Both the position numbers and the translations under genes were made by a program. The notes below the pieces were generated by a model. That model worked only from the letters and a program-made list of their open reading frames with translations, searched no databases and was not told the DNA's origin. From positions 1 to 36,000 of the forward strand of contig CAYTYR010000017.1 in the NCBI GenBank assembly GCA_964441745.1: a stretch of DNA of 36,000 nucleotides, written 5' to 3'. Every line of letters starts with the position of its first letter. The stretch's first letter is position 1. This DNA comes from an uncultured Clostridia bacterium. Lineage in GTDB: Bacteria; CAYTYR01; UBA6262. Below are positions 18,619-27,925 of the stretch, in pieces.

Positions 18619-19543
18619 AGAGTCTACCTTTTTTAAGATTTGATCTGTTCTTATCAAGTAACAAAAGCTCTTTTATGTTAATTTTCTCTATGTCTTTTGA
18701 ATAGATTGGCTTATTCATTGGCCTGGTTTTAAGAATACCTCTGGAAGCTAGTAAAAGCCTATTTCTTGCTATATCTATGTATTCTTGGTTTAATTCTGCG
18801 CCAGCACATTTCCTTCCGTGCATCATAGATGCTATTAAAGATGAACCAACCCCTGCGAAGGGATCTAAAATCCAATCATCTTTATCGGTCATTGATAGCA
18901 CAAGTCTTTCAACTAGTTCAACTGGAAATTGACAAGGATGAATTGTTTTTTCAGGATGATTACATTTAACGTTTGGTATATCCCAAACATCTCCTGGATT
19001 CTTCCCTAAAGGGTTGCAAGATAATTGCCCCTTTTTTGGGCCTTTAAAATATTTCTTTTCAGGGTATTTTTGAGGTATTCTTACAGGGTCCAAATTAAAT
19101 TTATATTCATCCGTTTTTGTAAACCACATAATTGTCTCATAACGTCCGGAAAACCTTTTACTACAATGTAAACCGTGATTAAAATGCCATATTATTCTAT
19201 TTCTCATCTGCATTCCGATATCTTGAAAAATTGGGTATAGTAATATATCAAGAGGAGCAATCATTCCATTTTCTACATAATTTCCAACCTGCCAACAGAT
19301 ATGGCCGTCATTTCGCAAAACCCTATAGCATTCCTGAATGACATTTCTTTGTAACGCCAAATATTCATTAAGTCTAATAACAGATTCATAACTTTTACCG
19401 ATATTATATGGTGGAGAAGTAACAATCAATTGAATTGCATTATCTGGTATTTGCCTGAGAAGTTCTAAGCAATTACCAGGGTAAAGAACTATATTGCTAT
19501 TTTTACTGAAAGTATCTTTTATTTTTACTTCTCTACTAATCAT
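18602..19543 (-). CDS. N4-C/N6-A DNA methyltransferase (beta class)
   Basis: IVTSPPYNIG, NPGDVW, HPCQFP, ILDPFAGVGS. Confidence 0.92.
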   Translation of the reverse strand: MISREVKIKDTFSKNSNIVLYPGNCLELLRQIPDNAIQLIVTSPPYNIGKSYESVIRLNEYLALQRNVIQECYRVLRNDGHICWQVGNYVENGMIAPLDILLYPIFQDIGMQMRNRIIWHFNHGLHCSKRFSGRYETIMWFTKTDEYKFNLDPVRIPQKYPEKKYFKGPKKGQLSCNPLGKNPGDVWDIPNVKCNHPEKTIHPCQFPVELVERLVLSMTDKDDWILDPFAGVGSSLIASMMHGRKCAGAELNQEYIDIARNRLLLASRGILKTRPMNKPIYSKDIEKINIKELLLLDKNRSNLKKGRLYAKSI

Positions 19544-20021
19544 GATTTGGCCAGATAATCCTTTTTGTGGTTTCGCTAATAATATCTACCAAAATATCTC
19601 TGACAGCTCCTGCTGTAGTTTTTCCTGCCTTTGTCATAATTTTCTTTATCTTATTTGCTGCAACTTGAGCTTGTGGTCCATTTTTAACAACATTTCTAAA
19701 ACTTTCTTCTAAAACTGCCTTATCAGTTGCGTCAAGTTTCCCTTCTTCCATTGAAATAGTTAAAGCTGCCTGAATTGAGGTTTCTGTCCAAGGAAAAGCA
19801 CTACCACAGTACTGACAATATAATGGTTTAATATATTCTTCAAAATTAGGAAGTTCATCTTCAATAATCTCTCCTTTTATTGGCCGATCACATTTTGAGC
19901 ACGTCGTAATAGTTTGCTCTCCGCATTTTTCACAAAAGTTTGTGTTAAGGTGCGGAGCTCTTTGAAAATTACTATTTATTACATGGCCATTTAAACAGAT
20001 TTGAGCTATATCATAACTCAT
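19536..20021 (-). CDS. DUF2321-like zinc-ribbon protein
   Basis: YDIAQICLNGH, FCEKCG, CSKC, YCQYCGSAFPWT, then helical C-terminus. Confidence 0.75.
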   Translation of the reverse strand: MSYDIAQICLNGHVINSNFQRAPHLNTNFCEKCGEQTITTCSKCDRPIKGEIIEDELPNFEEYIKPLYCQYCGSAFPWTETSIQAALTISMEEGKLDATDKAVLEESFRNVVKNGPQAQVAANKIKKIMTKAGKTTAGAVRDILVDIISETTKRIIWPNHD

Positions 20022-20035
20022 AAAAACTCCTGATA

Positions 20036-20200
20036 AGGTTTCTGAAGCTGAGCTCTTTACGTAGCGAGAATTAATATTTTTGAGCGAGACTATGAATGAG
20101 CGACGAAGCTTATCTACACCGTGATAAGTTAGGAGCGAATGAAGCCGTCGTAGCCGAAAAGATTAATTCGCAGTAGTAAAAGAGCTTACTTCAGAGACCT
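20036..20200. mobile_element. 165-bp MITE-like long imperfect palindrome
   Basis: AGGTTTCTGAAG / CTTCAGAGACCT termini; inner arms agctctttac/gtaaaagagct and gaattaat/attaattc; central cttatc/gataag stem. Confidence 0.7.
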
Positions 20201-20204
20201 GGGG

Positions 20205-21365
20205 TTACTTGCCCATGCCTATTTTCTGTGCTTTTTGGAACTGCTTACCTTCGTGCTTAAAGTCTGGAGCAATAATAATCTCTACTAATTGCATCTCTTT
20301 GATATTTTTAGCTCCCAGAGAACCCATACTTGTTTTTAGTGCCCCGACCAGGTTCTGACTGCCATCATCTATCTTGGCTGGTCCTAACAGAATTTCCTGT
20401 AAAGTACCTGAAGTGTTTATCTGAATCCTGGTGCCGCGCGGCAAATAACGGTCCGGTGTGGCCATGCCCCAATGGAAGCCTTTACCCGGAGCTTCAATGG
20501 CCCTGGCCAGGGAAGAACCGATCATGACTGCATCAGTCCCGGCGGCAAAGGCTTTACAAATATCTCCGCTATAGCTCATCCCCCCATCAGTAATGATCGG
20601 CACATACCGGCCGGTTTTTTTGTAATAGAAATCCCGGGCCGCAGCGCAATCTACAGTAGCCGTGATCTGGGGTACGCCAATACCTAGCACTCCCCTGGAC
20701 GTACAAGCAGATCCTGGGCCGATACCAACCAGCAGCCCATCAATTCCGCTTTCCATTAATTCCAGGGAAACATCATAGGTCACACAATTACCGATCAAGA
20801 CCGGTATTTTTAGGCTTTTGCATATTTTAGCAAAATTTACTTCCTCGTATTCACTGGACACATGATGCACCGTAGTCACTGTAGCCTGGATCACAAAAAT
20901 ATCTGCTCCAGCCTCTTGGGCGATCTGTCCAAAACGTTCCGCTCTTTTCGGGATAGAAGATACGGCGCAGGGTACCCCGGCTTTTTTAATCTCCTTGATC
21001 CTTTTACTGATCAATTCTTCTTTGATCGGTTCTTTATAAATGCTTTGAATGATCTTGGTGGCATCAGCCGGCGCTGCCGCCACGATCTGTTGAATGATCT
21101 CATCAGGGTTTTCATAACGGACCTGAATACCTTCCAGGTTAAGAACAGCCAACCCTCCTAGTTTTCCCATTTCGATCGCGAATTTAACATCTACGACCCC
21201 ATCCATAGCGCTGGCGATAATAGGAATATTAAATTTTATATCCCTTATTTTCCAGGATACGTCAATCTCATTGGGATTAATAGTGAGAAGTCCCGGGACC
21301 AGAGCCACGTCATCGAAGCCATAAGCTTTCCGTGCTTCCCTGTCTCTGCCGATAAAAAAAGCCAT
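20205..21365 (-). CDS. guaB: IMP dehydrogenase family protein (short GuaB3-type, no CBS domains)
   Basis: YGFDDVALVP, ASAMD, GIGPGSACTSR catalytic Cys loop, GVPQITA, DGG, WGMA. Confidence 0.88.
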   Translation of the reverse strand: MAFFIGRDREARKAYGFDDVALVPGLLTINPNEIDVSWKIRDIKFNIPIIASAMDGVVDVKFAIEMGKLGGLAVLNLEGIQVRYENPDEIIQQIVAAAPADATKIIQSIYKEPIKEELISKRIKEIKKAGVPCAVSSIPKRAERFGQIAQEAGADIFVIQATVTTVHHVSSEYEEVNFAKICKSLKIPVLIGNCVTYDVSLELMESGIDGLLVGIGPGSACTSRGVLGIGVPQITATVDCAAARDFYYKKTGRYVPIITDGGMSYSGDICKAFAAGTDAVMIGSSLARAIEAPGKGFHWGMATPDRYLPRGTRIQINTSGTLQEILLGPAKIDDGSQNLVGALKTSMGSLGAKNIKEMQLVEIIIAPDFKHEGKQFQKAQKIGMGK

Positions 21366-21395
21366 ATTAACTTAACCTCCGTTAGTTTTAATAAT

Positions 21396-21525
21396 AATTT
21401 CTAAGCACTAATATCTAATTTCTAAACAATTTCAAAATATTAAATTCTAATGACCAAAACGTTTTAAAATTTGGATTTATACAATTCGATATTGTTTAGA
21501 GCTTGGGATTTCGAATTTGGAATTT
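21396..21525. repeat. Heptamer-built palindrome, same family as 6118-6294
   Basis: aatttctaagcactaatatctaatttctaaacaat...attgtttagagcttgggatttcgaatttggaattt; TCTAAACAAT/ATTGTTTAGA perfect 10-bp inverted pair. Confidence 0.75.
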
Positions 21526-21530
21526 GACTC

Positions 21531-21968
21531 TCATTTGTGTCCGGTTGACCCAAACCCGCCTTCATTACGGCTGGTTTCATCCAATTCATCAACAACATTC
21601 CACTCTATTTCCTCCACTTTTTTTAAAACTATCTGGGCTATCCGGTCTCCCTTTTTAATCGTGACCGCCTCATCGCCGGATGCATTAAAGACAATGATCC
21701 CGACTTCCCCGCGGTATCCGGCATCGATAGTGCCTGGAGTATTAAGAACAGTCAGCCCCTTTTTCAAAGCCAGGCCGCTTCTGGGCCGGACCTGCAATTC
21801 ATATCCTGCCGGAACAGCAACTTTCAATCCAGTCGGGATTAATCCCCTGGCGAGTGGTTTTAGAACAACTTCCTCTCCCATATTATACAGATCCATCCCG
21901 GCATCTCCGGGATGGCTGTATTGAGGGAGAAGCACATCAGGATGTAGTTTTTTGATTTTTACGATCAT
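21531..21968 (-). CDS. dut: dUTP diphosphatase (trimeric)
   Basis: AGMDL, QVRPRSGL, GTIDAGYRGE, GDRIAQ, RNEGGFGSTG. Confidence 0.97.
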   Translation of the reverse strand: MIVKIKKLHPDVLLPQYSHPGDAGMDLYNMGEEVVLKPLARGLIPTGLKVAVPAGYELQVRPRSGLALKKGLTVLNTPGTIDAGYRGEVGIIVFNASGDEAVTIKKGDRIAQIVLKKVEEIEWNVVDELDETSRNEGGFGSTGHK

Positions 21969-21974
21969 TGTAAT

Positions 21975-24500
21975 TTAAACTCCAGCTGGAGCCATCTCCT
22001 TTTCGGTTTCCACCTTAGCTTCTGTGGATTGCTTAGCTTGTGGTGATACAGGTTTGGCGGTTTCCTGCGGCCCAAAATTAGCATAACTTTCTTTTTGGCT
22101 ATGGCGATCCCGCAGTTCACCGATCTTGGATAGGTTCCAATTATCAGTCCGGCTATAATAACCGACGATCCTGGTAATACCATAGACATCTTTTGATCCG
22201 CAAGAAGGACAATCATTAACTAGCCCCCGGTTCATTTCCTGGCAATTATTACAGATGGTAAATTCCGGGGAAATAGTGATCTGCGCGGCAGAAGTGTTAT
22301 TCCAGGATTTGGTCACCAGGCTTAAAATAGCGCTGGGATCCGGTTTATGCTCTCCGATGAACGCGTGATTGATCGCGCCGGCTTCGATAATACTGTGGAA
22401 TTTACTTTGCTTGATGATCCGGTCGATCATGGAAACAGGAGCATTGGCGGCCAAATGAATGCTATTGGTATAATAATACTGGTCCTGCTCGATATTGCCT
22501 TTGATCACGCTGCGTGATTCCGGATACTCGCGCATGTCGATCTTGGCGAAGCGCCTGGTCGCTGATTCAGCGGGAGATTCTTCCAGTACAAACTTTAAGC
22601 CATGCTTTTTTTCATGTTCCTTAACCTTTAGGAACATATGGGAAATAATCTTCAAACCAAGTTTGTACACATCCTCATCTTCGTGCAGTTGCTTGCCAGT
22701 CAGAAACTGAACACACTCATTCAAGCCATTCATACCAATGATGTAACTGGCCTTATCCAGGTTGATGTACGGCTTCCCGTCAGCCGCTGGTTTGCCTACC
22801 TGCCAGAGCGGCAATCCTTTACGGTTCATCAATTTCGAAATAAAGGACCGTTTCTGCAAATGCGCTTGTACCGCCAGGTCCAGGACTTTATCCATTTCTT
22901 CCAGGGCCTTATCAGTGTTTCCCTTGCCGGCTTTAAAAGCCAGCTGGGGCAGGTTAATGGTCACATTCTGGAAGCCGCAGAAACGCAGGCTTTCCGGATG
23001 ATTGATCATATAGGCATCTTCGGCCTTGCTCAGGTCCAGTGTGGTTTTTAAGCGGCAGCACTGCGACAGGGTGACCTCATCGCGGTCAAATACAAAATAA
23101 GGCGAACCATTTTCGCTGGCAATCAGGCAGGCATGTTTGAGCAATTCAAACTGCGCCGGATCGTCAAAAGACGACTGGTTGATATGCAGGTCCATCTTCG
23201 GGAATTCAAACATATGGCCATGCGCGTCACCGGCCCGCCAGACATCCATCATGGCTTTGGCAAAAGCCTGCACTTCTTTTTCGTATTCAGAGTATTTTTT
23301 GCCGGTATACCTGCCACCCGGACCGATAGCTTCGATATTCTTGAGGTACGACGGCACGCTCAAATGGATATTGAAATCAATAAATAAGGTTTGGCCGCCG
23401 CGGCTGAACGCATTCTGGGCGCAGGAGAAAAGTAAATACTGCGCTTCCTGTTTCATTTCTTTTTCACTCATACCGACCAGGTACGGCGCATAAAGGACAT
23501 TAGTAAAAGCTACTCCCAGCGCTCCGGCATAATACGCCTGCATGCTGGCCAGGAAAGTATTTAAATGCCCGGTAAGTGTCCGGGCATGTTTTGCCGGCAC
23601 GGAACGGATATTAAGATTTTCCAGGTCCAGGCCATATTTCTTGATGTATTCCAGTGAATGGCTGGAACAGTAGACCCTGGTGGGATATCCCAGATCGTGA
23701 AGGTGCATGGCTCCTTTCAGATGGGCATTAGCAACTTCTTCTGAAAATATTTTTTCCAAGGCATACTGTTTAAGAGTATTCTCGGCGATAGCCAGGTTAA
23801 TGGCTTCCGGGCTGTTAGCCGCGATATTGGAATTTTCATCACTCTTGGAGAAGATCAGTTCTTCCAGGTCGTAGATCGGGATACCTAAAGCCCGCTGTCT
23901 TTTTAATTTTCCATTACGATAACCGAGATTGAAAAGCTCATTATCTACCATTTCGCGGATAAAGGAAGTAGTTACCTGGCGGGAACCACTGGCCAGGATC
24001 TTCTGTTCCACTGCGTCAGATATTTTCTTGGCCAGTTTTTTATCGATGTTAGCTTCCTTGACCAGGGCGGCGCAGATAGCTTCTTTGTTCCAGGGCAATA
24101 TTTCTTCATGAGCCGGGGTTGTGACCATGAGCGCCAGGTCGGTAGCATTGGTTTTGGCCGCTACTTCTTTCCTAACCTTAAGCACTTTTCTCATGCGGGC
24201 ACGTTTGTGCCGGTATAAGATAAATGCTTTAGCAGTGGCAGCATGGCCTTCTTCGATCAATACTTTCTCGACAGCGTCACCGATCATCTTAGTGGTAAGG
24301 ATTTTTTCATTACGGTATTTCTTCTTCAGGTACGAAATTACCTCATCTGCCAGCACATCGGCTATGCGCCTGTTCTTGCCGCCTACTTCCTTGGCTGACT
24401 TAAAAATACCATCGACAATATTTTCCTTACTAAATGGTTCGGTGATGCGTTCACGTTTGCGGACTTTTACGGAAAAAACAACCCCTTTTCTCTTGGCCAT
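21975..24500 (-). CDS. nrdD: Anaerobic (class III) ribonucleoside-triphosphate reductase with two ATP-cone-like domains
   Basis: HLHDL, YC, SQCCRL finger loop, ESPAES, YYTNS, CNNC...CPSC, RIVGY glycyl-radical loop. Confidence 0.95.
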   Translation of the reverse strand: MAKRKGVVFSVKVRKRERITEPFSKENIVDGIFKSAKEVGGKNRRIADVLADEVISYLKKKYRNEKILTTKMIGDAVEKVLIEEGHAATAKAFILYRHKRARMRKVLKVRKEVAAKTNATDLALMVTTPAHEEILPWNKEAICAALVKEANIDKKLAKKISDAVEQKILASGSRQVTTSFIREMVDNELFNLGYRNGKLKRQRALGIPIYDLEELIFSKSDENSNIAANSPEAINLAIAENTLKQYALEKIFSEEVANAHLKGAMHLHDLGYPTRVYCSSHSLEYIKKYGLDLENLNIRSVPAKHARTLTGHLNTFLASMQAYYAGALGVAFTNVLYAPYLVGMSEKEMKQEAQYLLFSCAQNAFSRGGQTLFIDFNIHLSVPSYLKNIEAIGPGGRYTGKKYSEYEKEVQAFAKAMMDVWRAGDAHGHMFEFPKMDLHINQSSFDDPAQFELLKHACLIASENGSPYFVFDRDEVTLSQCCRLKTTLDLSKAEDAYMINHPESLRFCGFQNVTINLPQLAFKAGKGNTDKALEEMDKVLDLAVQAHLQKRSFISKLMNRKGLPLWQVGKPAADGKPYINLDKASYIIGMNGLNECVQFLTGKQLHEDEDVYKLGLKIISHMFLKVKEHEKKHGLKFVLEESPAESATRRFAKIDMREYPESRSVIKGNIEQDQYYYTNSIHLAANAPVSMIDRIIKQSKFHSIIEAGAINHAFIGEHKPDPSAILSLVTKSWNNTSAAQITISPEFTICNNCQEMNRGLVNDCPSCGSKDVYGITRIVGYYSRTDNWNLSKIGELRDRHSQKESYANFGPQETAKPVSPQAKQSTEAKVETEKEMAPAGV

Positions 24501-24535
24501 GTAGCGTATTGCCCCCTTTCCCGTATTATTTGTTA

Positions 24536-25237
24536 TTATCTGATCCGGGCGTTGCTAATGTACTGCTTGCAGGCTAATTCAGTTTCTTTCAGGTAGTTCA
24601 TGGTATAGGGAACCAGGCGGCTCAAGCTGTTATCCAGTGTTTCTTCCGGGCTGAATTGTTGGATATAAAAACGCTTGGTTCCTTGTAAATACATAGCGAT
24701 CTCTACCAGGTCATTCTTTTCCAGCATATTAGGCACAAAGGTAGTGCGAAATTCATGTTCTACCCCGGAGGTGCGTAAAAGCCCTACGCTTTGCTTAATG
24801 CGGTCCAGGTTTACCTTAATGCCGCATAGTTGCTTATATTTATCATTAAGCGGCGCTTTGATATCCATTGCTACATAATCTACCAGTTTTTGCTTGATCA
24901 GGATTTTCAGCATCCGGGGGAGGTAACCATTGGTATCCAGCTTGATCGGCAGTCCGATCTCTTTAACTTTTTTAATAAGGTCAAAAAGCTCATGATAGAG
25001 GCATGGTTCGCCGCCGCTGATAACGACACCATCAAGCCAATTCTTTTTTTCCTGTAAGATCTGTAAGACCTTCTCTGGGGGGATATCGGCAATAGCTTCA
25101 TTGCTTTTGACTAAAACACCATTATGGCAAAACGGGCAGGAAAAATTACAGCCGGCGACGACAATAACCGCGCTGATCCTGCCCTCCCATTCAATCAGGG
25201 AGTTATCGATAAATTTTTTAATCTTTAATTCACCCAT
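24536..25237 (-). CDS. nrdG: Anaerobic RNR activating radical SAM protein
   Basis: GCNFSCPFCHN, SGGEP, KLDTNG, MDIKAP, EFRTT; adjacent to nrdD. Confidence 0.93.
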   Translation of the reverse strand: MGELKIKKFIDNSLIEWEGRISAVIVVAGCNFSCPFCHNGVLVKSNEAIADIPPEKVLQILQEKKNWLDGVVISGGEPCLYHELFDLIKKVKEIGLPIKLDTNGYLPRMLKILIKQKLVDYVAMDIKAPLNDKYKQLCGIKVNLDRIKQSVGLLRTSGVEHEFRTTFVPNMLEKNDLVEIAMYLQGTKRFYIQQFSPEETLDNSLSRLVPYTMNYLKETELACKQYISNARIR

Positions 25238-25248
25238 TGTTTTAACCC

Positions 25249-25283
25249 AAATCCTAAATACTAATATCTAAATACTAAACAAT
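25249..25283. repeat. Left half only of the heptamer palindrome family
   Basis: aaatcctaaatactaatatctaaatactaaacaat matches left arms at 6118 and 21396; no matching right arm seen. Confidence 0.7.
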
Positions 25284-25311
25284 TCCGCATTTATTCTAAT
25301 TTAAGCCAGCT

Positions 25312-25737
25312 TCAAATTACTTTACAATTCAATAGCTGCTTAATTTTCTCAATTTTATTTACCGTACTTTTACCATTCTTTTTCAATTCATGCTCCCAGA
25401 ATCTATAAACCATCCAACCTATTTTTCTGAGAGAAACTGACGCTTTTTTATCTCGTTCTTTATTTCTGCTTATTTTGTCTTTCCAATACTTTCTATTACT
25501 ACTTGGCAGTCTTAGATGTTTTGGACAGCCATGCCAAAAACACCCGTCTATAAAAATTGCTATTTTCATTTCATTGAACACAAAATCTGGAGATCCTATT
25601 TCTTTTGAATTTCTTCTCCATCCTTTTATATTTAAACTCTTAAGTAATTTTATAAACTTCAACTCTGTCGTTTTATTTCTGTTAGAGCGAACACAAGACA
25701 TTATCCTAGAACGCTCTTTTACTGTTAAAGTATCCAT
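25312..25737 (-). CDS. vsr: Very short patch repair endonuclease
   Basis: MDTLT..ERSRIMS, GSPDF, FIDGCFWHGC, YWKDKISRNKERD, GW..RFWEHE. Confidence 0.93.
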   Translation of the reverse strand: MDTLTVKERSRIMSCVRSNRNKTTELKFIKLLKSLNIKGWRRNSKEIGSPDFVFNEMKIAIFIDGCFWHGCPKHLRLPSSNRKYWKDKISRNKERDKKASVSLRKIGWMVYRFWEHELKKNGKSTVNKIEKIKQLLNCKVI

Positions 25738-25739
25738 GT

Positions 25740-26471
25740 TTATTTAATTATTTGAATCCAGGAATTATCAATTTTAAGAGTTTTTAATATAGTTTCTTTA
25801 TCCAGATTAGGAGGTTTTTTTATGCGGATTGCCACTCTTTCCCTAGGAACTTTCTCAACCACTGTGAATTGAGAACCATGAGGCTGCCAGGTAAAAATAT
25901 GTTCCTTAGTGTTTAAGTTATAACCTTCAAGGTTTTTGTTTTTATTCCATTTCCAATAATATTTATCTATAAATTCTACAGTTTCAAATTCAAACACGGA
26001 AAGATCAAGCAAATCATCTGATTTAATTAAAACTATAGTTCTTAGATGCTTAAAAGACTTTCTAACGTCTTTGACTCTCGCATTCCAAATAGACAATATC
26101 ATTTTCCCTAATTTATTGGGCTCACAATTATTAATTTTCCCTTCCCCAAAAAAATATAAAGGAGAATTATGTCCAGATATTAATCTAACAAAGCCTGTTT
26201 CGAAAGGATTGTTGCTCTTTACGGTTTTCGCCCCCCAGGCAGTCTGACCAAAAACAATATCGTCAAGTCCTACATTCGAAGGTTTCCATTGAGCGCCTAT
26301 TAATCCAGCAAATATTTCTTCCCAATCTGAACCTTCAAGCCTAGAAGTGTTTCTAGATGCTATAAAATAAATGATCTCTCTCCCTAATTTCAATGCGAAA
26401 TTACCAGGAAAGTTATTTAGCTTGTACGGAGAGGCATATTTATCTACTTTCCTTAATTTTGGATTCTTCAT
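25740..26471 (-). CDS. Putative restriction endonuclease (cognate of adjacent C5 MTase)
   Basis: Position between dcm and vsr, ATGA-coupled to dcm; E..F...GLDDIV...WGAKTVK resembles a PD-(D/E)xK variant; family not recognised. Confidence 0.55.
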   Translation of the reverse strand: MKNPKLRKVDKYASPYKLNNFPGNFALKLGREIIYFIASRNTSRLEGSDWEEIFAGLIGAQWKPSNVGLDDIVFGQTAWGAKTVKSNNPFETGFVRLISGHNSPLYFFGEGKINNCEPNKLGKMILSIWNARVKDVRKSFKHLRTIVLIKSDDLLDLSVFEFETVEFIDKYYWKWNKNKNLEGYNLNTKEHIFTWQPHGSQFTVVEKVPRERVAIRIKKPPNLDKETILKTLKIDNSWIQIIK

Positions 26472-27460
26472 TTTATGCCATCATAACAATATGACTGATT
26501 GTTTATTTCATAATAGTTGTATTTATAATTAGATTTGCTATTTTTAAGAGCCCTTAAAACATTTTCAAGAACGGCTTGAGCAACAGGGACCGGCAAGCTA
26601 TTCCCAGCCTGTTTTCTTGCTTGCGAATCATTGCCAATGATAGCAATATGGTCTGGAATGCCTTGCAGTCTAAACATTTCTCTAGGAGTTAATCTCCTTT
26701 CTCCATTCACTAAAAGATAATTATATGAAGCGCCAGCTCTTAAAGCGCAAGAATATGGATAAGCGCTTATATGCCCTGATTTATTTTCATGCCATATAGT
26801 TGGCTCATCCTTAGGTTTCATTTGTTTGAGTCTTTTTAATCTTATTGTTTTAGAGGCATAATATTTATTAGCTACATTTCTTTCAAGTATTTTAGAAAGT
26901 TTCTTCATAGGAACTCCCCCGGTTGGCCATTCAAAAGACATCGGTTTTCTGAATCCAACAATGAAAATCCGCTCCCTCTTTTGAGGTAATCCAAAATCTA
27001 ACGCGTTTAGAACTTTATAATCAACATAATAATCTAATTCTCTCAAAGTTGACATGATTTTTCTTAGAGTTTTCCCTTTATTATGTTTTTCCAATAATTT
27101 TACATTTTCTAATATAAACGCTTCAGGTTTTTTATCTTTTAATATTCTAGCTATATCAAAAAATAAAGTTCCTCTTATATCGGAGAACCCTTTTCTATGC
27201 CCTATAATACTAAAGGGTTGACAGGGGAATCCGGCCAAGAGGATATCGTGATTTGGGATCTTATCTGTATCAATTTTGGTTATATCTCCCCAAGGTTCTT
27301 CTTGGAAATTGATTTTATAATGCTTTTGGCAATAAATATCTATATCACTAGAAAAGACACATTTTGGCTTTATATTCATTTTTTCACAAGCATTTTTGAA
27401 GGCGATTCGAAAAGCTCCAATTCCACAAAACAAATCAATGAAACTTAAATTATTTTTCAT
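26468..27460 (-). CDS. dcm: DNA (cytosine-5)-methyltransferase
   Basis: DLFCGIG, GFPCQPFS, ENV, PQKRERIFIVG, RRLTPRE, QAGNS (ORF track start 27478). Confidence 0.95.
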   Translation of the reverse strand: MKNNLSFIDLFCGIGAFRIAFKNACEKMNIKPKCVFSSDIDIYCQKHYKINFQEEPWGDITKIDTDKIPNHDILLAGFPCQPFSIIGHRKGFSDIRGTLFFDIARILKDKKPEAFILENVKLLEKHNKGKTLRKIMSTLRELDYYVDYKVLNALDFGLPQKRERIFIVGFRKPMSFEWPTGGVPMKKLSKILERNVANKYYASKTIRLKRLKQMKPKDEPTIWHENKSGHISAYPYSCALRAGASYNYLLVNGERRLTPREMFRLQGIPDHIAIIGNDSQARKQAGNSLPVPVAQAVLENVLRALKNSKSNYKYNYYEINNQSYCYDGIK

Positions 27461-27547
27461 CGTTTCCTTGCCCCTCATTAAATAATCTTAGCGCCATTAA
27501 AACTTTTATCGAAAATCTTTTCTAAATTTAATCCATTAGGTTATAAG

Positions 27548-27871
27548 TTAACTTCTTATTTCAAAAAATTGCTTGAATTCCTGGCTGGTAGGCACGGTTT
27601 TTTTCCAGCGGGCCAGTTCCTGCCCATCTTTTTCCAGAATTGTGGTCGGGAATTCCAGGGCATCGGAATAAGCCCCCTGGCTCAAACCATCAACCGTATC
27701 CAGGTCAATATAGATGATCTCAGCCCGGTCGGCTAAGCCCCAATGATTTAAAAAGAAATTGAATTTTTCTTTGACCGCTTTGCAGGCATCACAAGTGGTT
27801 TTGCCAAATATTTTGATCTTCACCCCGCCCTTCTTTCCCGGGTTATTAGGTGATTTTTCTTTTGATTCCAT
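27548..27871 (-). CDS. Thioredoxin/glutaredoxin-like protein (CxxC)
   Basis: IFGKTTCDAC, FPTTILEKDG.E.ARW; RBS CAGGAG before ATG 27871 (ORF track start 27892). Confidence 0.75.
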   Translation of the reverse strand: MESKEKSPNNPGKKGGVKIKIFGKTTCDACKAVKEKFNFFLNHWGLADRAEIIYIDLDTVDGLSQGAYSDALEFPTTILEKDGQELARWKKTVPTSQEFKQFFEIRS

Positions 27872-27925
27872 AATAATACCACTCCTGTACATAATTATAT
27901 TTTATATTCTTTATGAAGGGCGGGA

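Noticed and set aside
14003-27478. Prophage or integrative element explaining the R-M cassettes
   Set aside because: No integrase, transposase, phage structural gene or tRNA att site seen in the window
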